Source: Eledone cirrhosa (Eukaryota). Taken from it: a stretch of 64,000 nt of DNA. Shown here piece after piece: positions 40,243 through 52,016 of the stretch. A program made the translations under genes and the position numbers. The notes beneath the pieces were generated by a model. That model saw only the letters and a program-made list of their open reading frames with translations. It searched no databases and was not told where the DNA came from. The stretch covers positions 39,246,001 through 39,310,000 of the forward strand of contig OZ024743.1 in the NCBI GenBank assembly GCA_964016885.1. The letters are read 5' to 3'. How positions within the stretch are numbered: position 1 is the first letter of the stretch; the number at the start of each line of letters is the position of its first letter.

Positions 40243-41167
40243 CAAAGAAGAGAGCCGTGAGAAAGATATATGTCTATTATATTTGCCAATATATGCATGT
40301 TTGCACATCTGTGTATATGCATGCATACATATATATCGAATAAATGAAACATATGCACAGATATATGCGCATCAAACACACTCACACACACTGATGCACA
40401 GACACATATGAACTGACTACCAAAAACATGAATTTCTTTGGATGAGTTACTATTAATTTTCAAGAGTGGAACTACTATTCAGGCAGCAGATGGGAAGACG
40501 TAACTGACTCGAGTAAAACTTCAATATCTGGAAAATCCTCAGTGAAGAATCTAAGGAGATTAGGAATAGTTCAAAATCCTCTTACAAAGGAGATATTTCT
40601 AAAGGAATTGGATATGTCAAAGAGTATACTATGAAGAATAAGATACGTGGGCTTTTGTGATATGTTTATATCTCTGTATGGTGTGCATGGTGAGAACTTT
40701 CGATTCTCTAATGAATATACATTACTTTCTGCAGGGACAAACATTTATGAACTGTCCAGCAAACCATATTACAATACATTCTACATATTACAAATAAGAA
40801 TTTAGCCCTCTCACCCATACTATTCATTATTTCATCATTCCCAGTGAGATATAATAACTACTGTCTATAACATCTCTGCCGATGTGGTCAAATATGATCA
40901 TGTCTCCAAAGGTCGTGATGGATGGGCTGACGCACAAAATACCTTGAGATACGTAGATTCATAATATAAAATTCCAAGTCAAAATCTACTTCTTTGAACA
41001 TACTATTTATTATTTCAACATCACCAGTAATATATAACAATTACCATCTACAAAAGCTGTAGAAACATTTATATAATTAAATATAACATATGATGTGTTG
41101 ACCCGCGTTGAAAAAGTGTAAAGACAGAATTCGGTAAAAGTGTAATGGTTTAGTGTACTTACTGTGT

Positions 41168-41360
41168 AATAATTGTTTCTACTTTTGGCACAAGACAAGC
41201 AATTAACCAGTGTATTAATGGTACTTTATTTTATCGACCCCGTAAGGATGAAAGGCAAAGTTAACCTCGGCGGGATTTGAACTCAGACCATAAAGGGCCG
41301 TAAATCTATGCAGCAAAGCATGGCGTCCGACCCTCTACCGATACTGCCAATATACCGCCC
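41168..41360 (-). mobile_element. SINE, same family
   Basis: Reverse complement of the family consensus. Confidence 0.88.
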
Positions 41361-42152
41361 TGCTTGCTATTTACAATATCTGGTTTCCTCTCCTAGAAAC
41401 AAAACTGATCACATCTGAAGATAAAATAAAGCAATTTGTCTTAATTTAAATTGGTTACATTCCTTTAAATTCTCACGTTGATTCAATGATTTCGCCATAC
41501 CTTTCATTTTCTCTATGCATCAACTTACTGCCTCTCTAAATATGCAATGACAAGTAACCAACTTCACTCCCGAAAAATAGGAAGTGCATGTTGTAATGTG
41601 TCGGAATTCCTGTACATTCATTGTAAATTGTGAGTGAGAATACATGACAATGTATAGACCTGAATATAAAACTTCCTGCTTTCATTTGCTGGCCTGTTTT
41701 ATTTATTATATTGAAGTTCTGCACATATAAACAGCAGCCTTCACTGAATCACTTTACAGATAATAGAGAAACACAAACAACCACACACAAAATCACACAC
41801 ACACATATACACACACATACACACGCACACACACTCGCACACACACATTCACACACACACACACACACACACAAATGTATGTATATATACATATGCATGA
41901 GAATAAGTAAGTGACAGTCACTACTTTCAAACTCATAGCGAATGTTCTTTTTTTTTAATTCAATTAAATATACGGTATATTGCCAAATATACTATACATA
42001 CATTCATGTATGCATCGCTATTTCAGAGCACCAATACGAATACCTAACTTTTGCTGGACCGGCAATCGCTCTGTATAATCAGCCCCTGATTATTACTGGA
42101 ATTCTATATGAATCCAGCTTCTATAATTTTCGGCGAAAGCAGGGGAGTACTT

Positions 42153-42194
42153 GGTTCTGATGAAAACCAAACAGCGTGAAACAGACTGTCAGCT
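42153..42194 (+). ncRNA. Degenerate hammerhead motif inside a ~315-bp partial tandem repeat
   Basis: GGUU-CUGAUGA-(14 nt, poor stem II)-GAAA-CAGACUG-UC/AGCU. Confidence 0.5.
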
Positions 42195-42499
42195 TCTCTC
42201 CCTTCTTTCGCAGAAAATAAGTAAATGACATCGTCAGAACTTTAAAACTGATAGCGTATGGTCTTCTAAATATTTTTAATTAAACATACGGCAGGTTGCC
42301 AAATATACTATGCATACATTCATATATATATATATATATATATCAAGTATATATATATACATACATATGTACACACACACACACACACACACATACACAC
42401 ACATACACTCACACATATATATATGTGTGTATGTATGTATGTGTGTGTGTGTATGTGTGTGCGTATCTGCATAATTCTGTATATATACATATTTATACC

Positions 42500-43900
42500 G
42501 CATATGCTGGTGTAATAGTCGACGTTGTTTTTCTGAAGCTATTATTTTTAGAAATCGACTGTGTTTACGGTTATTTTCTTACTAATCTCAAGGGAGTTTC
42601 CAACATTAAGACAGAGTCCCCCATTGTCTTAACATGTTTACGTATTTACTGTTTTTGTGGCAACATTCCACGCCTACTTGTACCACGAATGCAACAGGGA
42701 ATACTCATTTGAAAGTCAAGCGTTGTAAGCCTCATTCTGAAGGTAACTGTGACCACTTGATTGACTTAAGGGACTCTCCTGCAAACCGACGCTACACCAA
42801 ACTGTTTTCAACAGCAACATTAAACAGCTGAAGCAGAATTTAACGCGCTAAAGTATCTCCTCTCTGTTTCAACATCCATAGTTTCCTCAGGCAGGGTGTT
42901 CTCTGAATTCCGACGCAATTGCATCTGCATACCTGTTCCTGACTTCCTTATCCGCCAACGCTTCCTACATTAACCTGTATGTCGAGCTGAACCTGCAAAG
43001 TTACTGGGTACTCTTGGTTTTATGCAGTCCTAGGGTGTAGATAAATAGGGGATTAGTTGAGTGCACAGCATGTGATTATTGATCTTTGACCCGACTTCCC
43101 TCATACCATGTGTATAGTATGTAACTACTAGTACAATGTAACTACAGTTCAATGAGCGATACTATTATCTACTATGACAACTCTCACACCCTATGGTGGC
43201 AAGTAAAGGCCACCTTGATGGACGCCTAGTTAACATGTATCTGATAAATGTACCCAGTTGGTGGCTTGTGCAAAGTAGACACCCAAACAATATGGTGAGA
43301 AGCACAGTAATTACATCCATAACACATCGTTTTTCGCCAAGGGTACTAAGGGACACGTTGAGGCCTAAGATAGAGGGTCCTGGTTGAAAGATATATTGCA
43401 GTCGCCATCCAACGTTGCATGGAACTGCAACTCATCCTGGGAGGTGTAGGATGGATGTACAAAATTAAGTATCCCGAGACTCGAAATATTTTCCAGAAGG
43501 AAACAAACTTCCAGAATTAGTAACGGGAACGTTACAGCTCTTACAGGCAAAGGGAAGAAGATAATGAAGGAAGCCAGATGCTATCGGGTAGATATAGTCG
43601 AATGTCCTCACCAAAGTTCGCTGTCCCTGGTGATATACATGTGAATGGAGTATGGAAAGTCCACTGTTTAGGTTTGGCGGCAGAGAAGACTGCACAGGTA
43701 AAAGTGAGCATATCCACAACAGCTGTCAGAGTGCGTTACGGACAGATTCTTTCTTAGCAGTGAGGGCCACTTGAAACAGAACGAAAGCAAAGTTTTTGTG
43801 GGTGATACCATTATATGCGTCAAACACAAAGACCGAATAGAGAACATTTCTGGACGTCACTCCAGCCTTAGATCTAGTTGAGACAGAGCCATGTATCCTA
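42500..43900 (-). mobile_element. Highly decayed L1/Tx1-like ORF2 (APE region)
   Basis: Weak residual similarity (IHGSVSTRSKAG; FIRYML.RR; LHKTK..CRFSS) to the APE regions of the Tx1 copies. Confidence 0.35.
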
Positions 43901-44575
43901 ATGGGAGATTTAAATACACCACAATATATGTTGTTCAATATTGTCATTTGCGTTCTCCCTTCAGTAAACAACACCAGACACAAATTCAATCAATTAACTC
44001 AGAATTATGTGTGATCAGTTCACCTTTCTATGACAAATGTTATAATTTTAATCTTACTCTTATACAATTTTTCCTGTACCAGCCGAGGCCATGCTTGAGC
44101 ACCACCCTTCTGCATTGTGAAGTTTTAGTAAATATATAATTCCACATTGTGAAGTTTTAGTAAATATTATTGGTTTCAATAAATTTGAATAACAATGTTA
44201 TATTTAATTAACCGCGTTATGAATTCGAAAAAAAAAAATAGTTATCCATAGGTTATAGAAAATAAATAAAATGTTTACATTTAGCACAAGTTAATCTATG
44301 AATATTTTTTCCGATATTTAGCTAGATTTCAATATGTATTTATACATACATGCCTGCCTCCATATTTGTATGTATGCATCTATACGTATCTATAAATCTG
44401 TACGTGTCTATTGATTTTGGAAACAAAATTATAAATTAAACAATAAATTGTATTGTACAGTATATATATTTGTACCCACCTACCTCGACATATTTAACCG
44501 ACAGTTATGATTATCGTTTAGGTATTATTGTAATATAATATATAATTAGCATATGATTAAGTCAATCTATACATT

Positions 44576-44669
<94 letters not shown>

Positions 44670-44947
44670 AGTATGTATGTATACGTACATACATATATGT
44701 ATACATACGTACAGTAGCATGTATATATATACATACAGGCACACATACATATATGCACGTATCAGTTTACCGAACATTTATTATAATGCTCGGTTTGTTC
44801 GTTTGTAAACAAACAAACAGCCTGAATTACGCCGTACAGCTGAGCAGCCTAATTTGCATATCGAGTGAAATTAGGCTGCTCAGCCGTTAATTTTCATAAG
44901 GAAAATATATACTTTCGGACGTTCAACCATCTGGCAGAAAGGTATAC

Positions 44948-44986
44948 GGTGCTGACGATAGCTAATAAGCTTGAAACTAGTACATC
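44948..44986 (+). ncRNA. Minimal type-I hammerhead ribozyme
   Basis: GGUG-CUGACGA-U-AGCU(AAUA)AGCU-U-GAAA-CUAG-UA/CAUC, with palindromic stem III ACUAGU. Confidence 0.75.
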
Positions 44987-45387
44987 ATTCCTGTGGCAGT
45001 GTTGAACAAAAAGGTGACGTGGTTGCCTAAACACTGTACGGTGTAATTCAGGCTGTTTGTTTGTTTACAAACGAACAAACCGAGCATTATAATAAATGTT
45101 CGGTAAACTGATACGTGCATATATGTATGTGTGCCTGTATGTATGTATATACATGCTACGGTACGTCTGTATACATATATGTATGTACGTATACATACAT
45201 ACCTACATTTAAGTAAGTGCCGTACTAACAGTGAGAAATGAAATTTCGTTTCATTCGTTTCCATTTATCGTTTTCGGTGCGCCTGGCCGACTGAACTCAC
45301 TCGATATGCAAATTAGGCTGCTCAGCCGTTAATTTTCATAAGGAAAGTATATACTTTCGGACGTTCAACCATCTGGCAGAAAGGTAT

Positions 45388-45430
45388 ACAGTGCTGACGA
45401 TAGCTAATAAGCTTGAAACCAGTACATCGT
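45388..45430 (+). ncRNA. Second hammerhead copy (+442 bp)
   Basis: acagtg CTGACGA tagctaataagctt GAAA ccag TA catcgt. Confidence 0.7.
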
Positions 45431-45701
45431 TCCTGTGTCAGTGTTGAACAAAAAGGTGACGTGGTTGCCTAAACACTGTACGGCGTAATTCAGGCTGTTT
45501 TTTTGTTTACAAACGAACAAACCGAGCATTATAATAAATGTTCGGTAAACTGATACGTGCATATATGTATGTGTGCCTGCATGTATATATATACATGCTA
45601 CTGTACGTCTGTATACATATATGTATGTACGTATACATACATACTTACATTTAAGTAAGTGCCGTACTAAGAGTGAGAAATGAAATTTCGTTTCATTCTA
45701 T

Positions 45702-45730
<29 letters not shown>

Positions 45731-45735
<5 letters not shown>

Positions 45736-46974
45736 GGAAACATTTGAACAGGAACAAAACAGAGAGGCAGTACAACGAATGTTTATTAATTTCACGCTCT
45801 GGAGAGTGGGGAGGTGATGGGGAACGACGTTTCGGGCATAAGCCCTTCCTCAGGTGAGAAGTGTGCGGGAACAGAGTTCAAAGGGTGTGTAGGGGAGTGG
45901 TGGAGAGACATATAGCGAAAGGAAACGGTGCGAATGAAATGAAAAATTAAAATAAAAATAAAAATAAAGCATGATCAAAATACAAGGAATGAAATAAAAT
46001 TAAATATAAAAGCATGATCAAAATAAACTGAAATTAAAAAGGGGGTAAAACAGGTGGTGGAAAGTGTGTGTGTGTATAGGTGTACGTGTGTGTGTGTGTA
46101 TGTGAAAGTAAGGGTTGGGGGAAGAACGGCGTTGCATGTTCAGGAAGAGTTTTGGGGGGGGGATTGTAGGTCGGAGTGTCTGTGCGTGTGTGGATAGAGG
46201 GTGGGGGGAGAGAGCAATCAGGAGGCTGAGGGTGTAAATATGTGGTGGAAAGCACGTGTGTGTGGGTTTTAAGCGTGTTGTGGGTGTAGGTGACGTGTGG
46301 AGAAACAAATTTGTTGGGGTGTGTGTGTGGGTGAGTTCTATAGGTGATCCCGTAAGGGGATGGTTGAAAAGTGGGTAAAATCCTATGATGTTTAGTGGAT
46401 TCCGTGGTGGTAATGTTCCGCATACGAGTATTCCATGAAGAGATGGTCGGAAGAGGAGAGATGTGGGGTGCGGCACAGCAGGAAGTGGTCAAGCAGTGGA
46501 GTGCTGTGTGTCAGTTTGTGCTGGGAGGTGGTCAGATGGCATAGCAGCAGTCGGTGGAATGGTAAAGGGGCGAGGATGGGTAGGTGTGAAAGTTGGAGTG
46601 AGGAGGGTGTGTGTGTGTATTAGTAGAATTGTTAGTGGGATGAGTGAGTGTGGAGCGAGGGTGTGGGTGGAGCGGCGAGAGAAGGGTGTGTGTAGTTCTA
46701 TGGAGGGAGTGTGGTCTACTGGTGTGTGTGTAGTTTGATAAAGGGGGTGTTAGAGGGTGTTAGTATACGGGAGGTGGGGAAGGGTTGAATGCAGGTGTGA
46801 GTGGGGGTTAGTGGTGGTAGGGTGTGTAGAGTTGGTGGTGTACGAGGGTGTGTGGGTACGTGTGCGTGTGATAGGGGGGGGAGAAGGGAGGGAGGTTAGT
46901 ATGTTAGTTTGGGAAGGGTGGTCGGATGAGGGGTGGAGTGGAGGTGTTAGTATTGTTAGTTGTGGGGTGGGCGG
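45731..46974 (-). mobile_element. Decayed PLE-derived element 3' region with HHR-like core
   Basis: LFRPSLHGILVCGTLPP..GFYP resembles a PLE RT-EN linker. CUGAGGA-A-GGGC(UUAU)GCCC-GAAAC lies at 45823-45853. The 3' end is on (TA)n, and the last ~70 bp recur at 29644-29712 (+). Confidence 0.5.
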
Positions 46975-47087
46975 TGAAGGACTAGCCTCCGAAACGTTAA
47001 TACCCTCTTCCTGCTATATCAAGCGTTAACTTATTATATACCTTCCATATACTGTACCGATTGTGTTGTTATTTCTGTTTACCTTTT

Positions 47088-47133
<46 letters not shown>

Positions 47134-47165
47134 AGAACAAAAGATGGTTAAAAGAGTTCCATGTA

Positions 47166-47232
47166 TTTTATTATGCGCATTTCAAAAAGAAATATCATCA
47201 TGCAATAATATTTGTGTTTTCATCAGATAAAA
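47166..47232 (-). ncRNA. Type-I hammerhead ribozyme copy 1
   Basis: Reverse complement of the UUUUAU-CUGAUGA-stem II-GAAA-UGCGCA-UA/AUAAAA motif. Confidence 0.8.
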
Positions 47233-47311
47233 CAGGAAGACATGATATGAAGGTTAAAAAACACTTGTGGATAGTGCAGTTTTAAATCAACCTTCATATC
47301 ATGTCTTCCTG

Positions 47312-47378
47312 TTTTATCTGATGAAAACACAAATATTATTGCATGATGATACGTGTTTTTGAAATGCGCATAATAAAA
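47312..47378 (+). ncRNA. Type-I hammerhead ribozyme copy 2
   Basis: ttttat CTGATGA aaacacaaatattattgcatgatgatacgtgttttt GAAA tgcgca TA ataaaa. Confidence 0.8.
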
Positions 47379-47652
47379 TACATGGAACTCTTTTAACCAT
47401 CTTTTGTTCTTATATATTATATATACTCCAGTCCTACAAACTGTAGAGTGCTTCTTATCCGATATCTGCATTGCTTTATTGTACTACAATAAAACTCACC
47501 TCCTACATATATATATATATATATGTAGGAGGTGAGTTTTATTGTAGTACAATAAAGCAATGCAGATATCGGATAAGAAGCACTCTACAGTTTGTAGGAC
47601 TGGAGTATATATAATATATAAGAACAAAAGATGGTTAAAAGAGTTCCATGTA

Positions 47653-47719
47653 TTTTATTATGCGCATTTCAAAAACACGTATCATCATGCAATAATATTT
47701 GTGTTTTCATCAGATAAAA
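47653..47719 (-). ncRNA. Type-I hammerhead ribozyme copy 3
   Basis: Same motif, tandem unit 1. Confidence 0.8.
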
Positions 47720-47883
47720 CAGGAAGACACCTCCTACATATATATATATATATATGTAGGAGGTGAGTTTTATTGTAGTACAATAAAGCAATGCAGATAT
47801 CGGATAAGAAGCACTCTACAGTTTGTAGGACTGGAGTATATATAATATATAAGAACAAAAGATGGTTAAAAGAGTTCCATGTA

Positions 47884-47950
47884 TTTTATTATGCGCATTT
47901 CAAAAACACGTATCATCATGCAATAATATTTGTGTTTTCATCAGATAAAA
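47884..47950 (-). ncRNA. Type-I hammerhead ribozyme copy 4
   Basis: Same motif, tandem unit 2. Confidence 0.8.
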
Positions 47951-48114
47951 CAGGAAGACACCTCCTACATATATATATATATATATGTAGGAGGTGAGTT
48001 TTATTGTAGTACAATAAAGCAATGCAGATATCGGATAAGAAGCACTCTACAGTTTGTAGGACTGGAGTATATATAATATATAAGAACAAAAGATGGTTAA
48101 AAGAGTTCCATGTA

Positions 48115-48181
48115 TTTTATTATGCGCATTTCAAAAACACGTATCATCATGCAATAATATTTGTGTTTTCATCAGATAAAA
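48115..48181 (-). ncRNA. Type-I hammerhead ribozyme copy 5
   Basis: Same motif, tandem unit 3. Confidence 0.8.
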
Positions 48182-48260
48182 CAGGAAGACATGATATGAA
48201 GGTTGATTTAAAACTGCACTATCCACAAGTGTTTTTTAACCTTCATATCATGTCTTCCTG

Positions 48261-48327
48261 TTTTATCTGATGAAAACACAAATATTATTGCATGATGATA
48301 TTTGTTTTTGAAATGCGCATAATAAAA
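48261..48327 (+). ncRNA. Type-I hammerhead ribozyme copy 6 (best stem II)
   Basis: Stem I UUUUAU/AUAAAA; stem II AAACACAAAUAUUAUU/GAUGAUAUUUGUUUUU (15 of 16 paired, including GU); palindromic stem III AUGCGCAU; AUA triplet. Confidence 0.85.
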
Positions 48328-48915
48328 TACATGGAACTCTTTTAACCATCTGTTGTTCTTATATATTATATATAGGAAAGAAAAAATACTAAGAGTGAAG
48401 AAAAGCAAATAAGTGTAAAGAAAAAAGTAAAGTAAATTAAATTCTACGACCTAGGTCTCTAGCTATTGTTAGGCTAGAATAAATAAATAAAGAAAGAAAG
48501 AAAGAAGTAAAGAAATAAATAAAGAAATAACGAAATAAGTAAAAGAACTAGGTGGGAGTGTAAAAGGTAAACAGAAATAACAACACAATCGCTACAGTAT
48601 ATGGAAGGTACATATTAGGTTAACGCTTGATATAGCAGGAAGAGGGTGTTAACGTTTCGGAGGCTAGTCCTTCATCAGAAGAAAGAATGAGAAATAAAAT
48701 AGATTGAGGGGACGGCCGGGATGGAATTGGAAAAAAATGTATTCAGATAAAAATAACAGGTCCATTCATGTTGATAACTCTTGCAAAACTGTTGGTGCTG
48801 GCGTTTAGTGCATGATTTTTTTTTTAGAAAAGTACATGATGGAGCGCGTATGCCTGAAATGGAAAAAAAAAATGTTTGTATAAAGAGCTATACTTGAGCA
48901 CGGGCGTCGTATGTG

Positions 48916-49025
<110 letters not shown>

Positions 49026-49579
49026 ATAGGTCCGTACGCAGCTAAGAAAAAACGTGTGTGTATACGTGAGTAAAAGAGTGTGTGTGCATTGAGGACATGA
49101 GCAAAAGTATGTAAATATAAGAGTGTGTATCGGTATGTATTACTAATAAGAAAAGCTGTTACTGATCAAAAGAAAGCAATAGGAATCTCAGGGTGTCATA
49201 ATGGACGGCGTATTAGAGAAATTGGGGAGGCGAGTTGAGTCCAAGACGGGAATAGGACCCAAAGCGGTGCAAACTTAATATGTATATAGCTCCATAAATA
49301 TAGATTGTTGTATGTGTGTACGTGAGAGATCAGTATATAGGTATGTGCGTGTCTGTCTGTGTGAATTTGACTGGCTGCAGCGTCGTTGAAACCTCACCAT
49401 TACTAACAATTATACTATCGACTCTTATAGAATGTATATGTGTCCGTATAGCCATACGTTAGTACATACCCGAGTGTGTATAACCATTAAAACCATGAAA
49501 ACAATAATTTATATGTACATATGCACACACGCACATACACGCACCCGCACCCACACATACACACACACGCACACACACT

Positions 49580-49616
<37 letters not shown>

Positions 49617-50685
49617 GTATGCACTTCTCTTTGGTGTGGTTATTGTGCATTTGTTCATTGTGATATATATGTATATATATATATATATACGCTTTCATTA
49701 GTAATGTTGCTTTAAAAATCTTTTAATAAACTTAACATTTGCCACAACAGTCGTATGATATGAACGTGTTAATATCACCACTAAATGAAATAGACACTAT
49801 AAATACGGATGCTTTCTACTCAACCAATTTAATTACCGTTAAAATTAGCGACTAATTAGCTCTCACTGAAACGATTTAGATTGTTTGTCGCTTAAGCATT
49901 GTATTAGTTTCTATATTTCCTTTGTTTCTCTTTCCCGGCTGCATTCACTTTTTTCTCCTTGCTAAAGTTGTGTAAGATTCTAAATGCATTCAATTTCGTT
50001 TTCTTTCTTCTTTTTTTTCACTGATCTTCTATGATATATTTGATTATATATTATTATTTTTTTTTTATTTGGGTAATTTTCTGCTTTATTTATATTTTAT
50101 TTTATTTACTTCAATTAATTTATAAATGTGTTGTGTGTAATTAACACCATTGAACATACAAATATAATCAGTTTCTTTTTTTCTTTAAAGCAAAAACCTT
50201 ATAGAAATATTTAAATATAAATGTGTATTTTACTTTCGACTCAAGGTTCCTTTAATGCTGAAATATGCAATCCTAGAAATTCTCTTGATATACTCGCAAT
50301 TATGTCTTATTAAGCTACAGAAATTATAGAAAAAATATAGCAAAAAACCTATATACCAACCTTCGTGATTGAAATTACCTCACACAGTCTTCTAAAAAAT
50401 AAAAGTATTAATTATTAATTCCCTTTGATTTATTTGCTAATCTTGTCATTTCACCACAGCCAATAAATAGAGGGCATTATACTCCTTAGACAGAAAGTAG
50501 CAAACATAAAGCACGTCAGAAAATCTATTAAGATACCAATGACATTCAGATTGATTAATGTCATTCATATAGAATGTCATTCATGCACCCACTTTCTCCC
50601 TCCAATGCCAATATTACCTTTCTTTCGTGATGATGGAAACCACAAATTTGTATTGAGATGTGTGTATATATATACATATATATAC

Positions 50686-50771
<86 letters not shown>

Positions 50772-51080
50772 GTGTGAGTGTTGTGTGGGTGTGGGTGTGT
50801 GTGTGTGTGTGGGTGGGTGGATGTGTGTGTGTGCGTGCGTGCGTGCGTGCGTGCGTGTGTGTGTGTGTAGTTGACTCAGAGTCAATGATGAGAGATTAAT
50901 AAATATTGAAACATCACTGTCTGGCATTCTCAAATGTATTGACATTCTCTATGATATATTCACACAGGTGAATAGAGAAACAAATATTTTAAGTTGAAGG
51001 ATGAAAACAACTAGACCCACATACATATAACAATAATTACATGCACACACACACATACATACACATACACGAACACTGCC

Positions 51081-51125
<45 letters not shown>

Positions 51126-51327
51126 TTTATATTATGAGGTAACATGTCCTTACGTCGTATTTGATTACATAGAATTAGTCAGTTGGGATTTTTTTTAAAA
51201 ATCATTCAGAAGGATTTTTTTAAATCCCAACTAACAGACTAATTATATGGAGTCAAATACGGCGTAAGCACATGTTACTACCTAATTCACTGGCCTTTCA
51301 TAAACAAACCCTATCTATCTATCTATT

Positions 51328-51429
<102 letters not shown>

Positions 51430-51665
51430 TCTCTCTCTCTCTATATTCCCCCCCTCTCTCTCTATATATATATATATGAAAAAGTATGACCCCGACGGCA
51501 GAGCTCAAGCCGTTTCGACGGCTATTTATGGACAGAAATAGCCGTCGAAACGGATTGAGCTTTGCCGTCGGGGTCATAATTTTGACTATTTCCCAGTCTA
51601 CTACCCTAAGTATTGAGTACTCTAGTGCGTTATGGTCCATCTGGTTCCTTACCGCAATTCCTTGG

Positions 51666-51720
<55 letters not shown>

Positions 51721-51854
51721 TATACTTGTGTATAATGGTAGCTATGGTGCTTCCATAGGCGGTAAGCCAAAATTAGCACTCAATATTCAACAGAGTAGAG
51801 TGTGGATAGTATAAAAAACGATAAATCAGTGACGCATCTGGACTCAATTTATTG

Positions 51855-51945
51855 CGTGTTACAATTGTTTCGCCGTCAGACAGCTCGAGACATGGTCACT
51901 GTATGGATCTGGCTGATTCTACGGCTGCAGGTTCCTTCAGACACG
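51855..51945 (-). ncRNA. Atypical hammerhead-like motif with extended core linker and long stem II
   Basis: CGUGU-CUGAAGG-aaccugca-GCCGU...ACGGC-GAAA-CAAUUG-UA/ACACG. Confidence 0.5.
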
Positions 51946-51982
51946 GGTAGTCCGTTCGGGGCAAATTTTATCACACACAGAC

Positions 51983-52016
<34 letters not shown>

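Larger units (their letters stand above)
44665..45698 (+). mobile_element. Retrozyme-like 442-bp tandem dimer with a 5' inverted segment
   Basis: 44869-45310 is repeated at 45311-45698. Bases 44665-44868 are inverted pieces of the unit. There is one HHR per unit, and (TA)n on both sides. Confidence 0.8.
47497..48189 (-). repeat. Tandem array of three identical 231-bp hammerhead-containing units (retrozyme-like)
   Basis: Units start at 47497, 47728 and 47959; the identical ORFs at 47560, 47791 and 48022 confirm the 231-bp period. Confidence 0.92.
46975..48678. repeat. Nested inverted-repeat complex
   Basis: Outer arms 46975-47091 and 48558-48674 enclose an inner quasi-palindrome at 47120-48372. 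Confidence 0.92.

Noticed and set aside
47497-48189. Possible CRISPR-like array or repeated small gene (MQISDKKH...)
   Set aside because: The units are fully identical with no unique spacers, there are no cas genes, the context is eukaryotic, and the ORFs are incidental.
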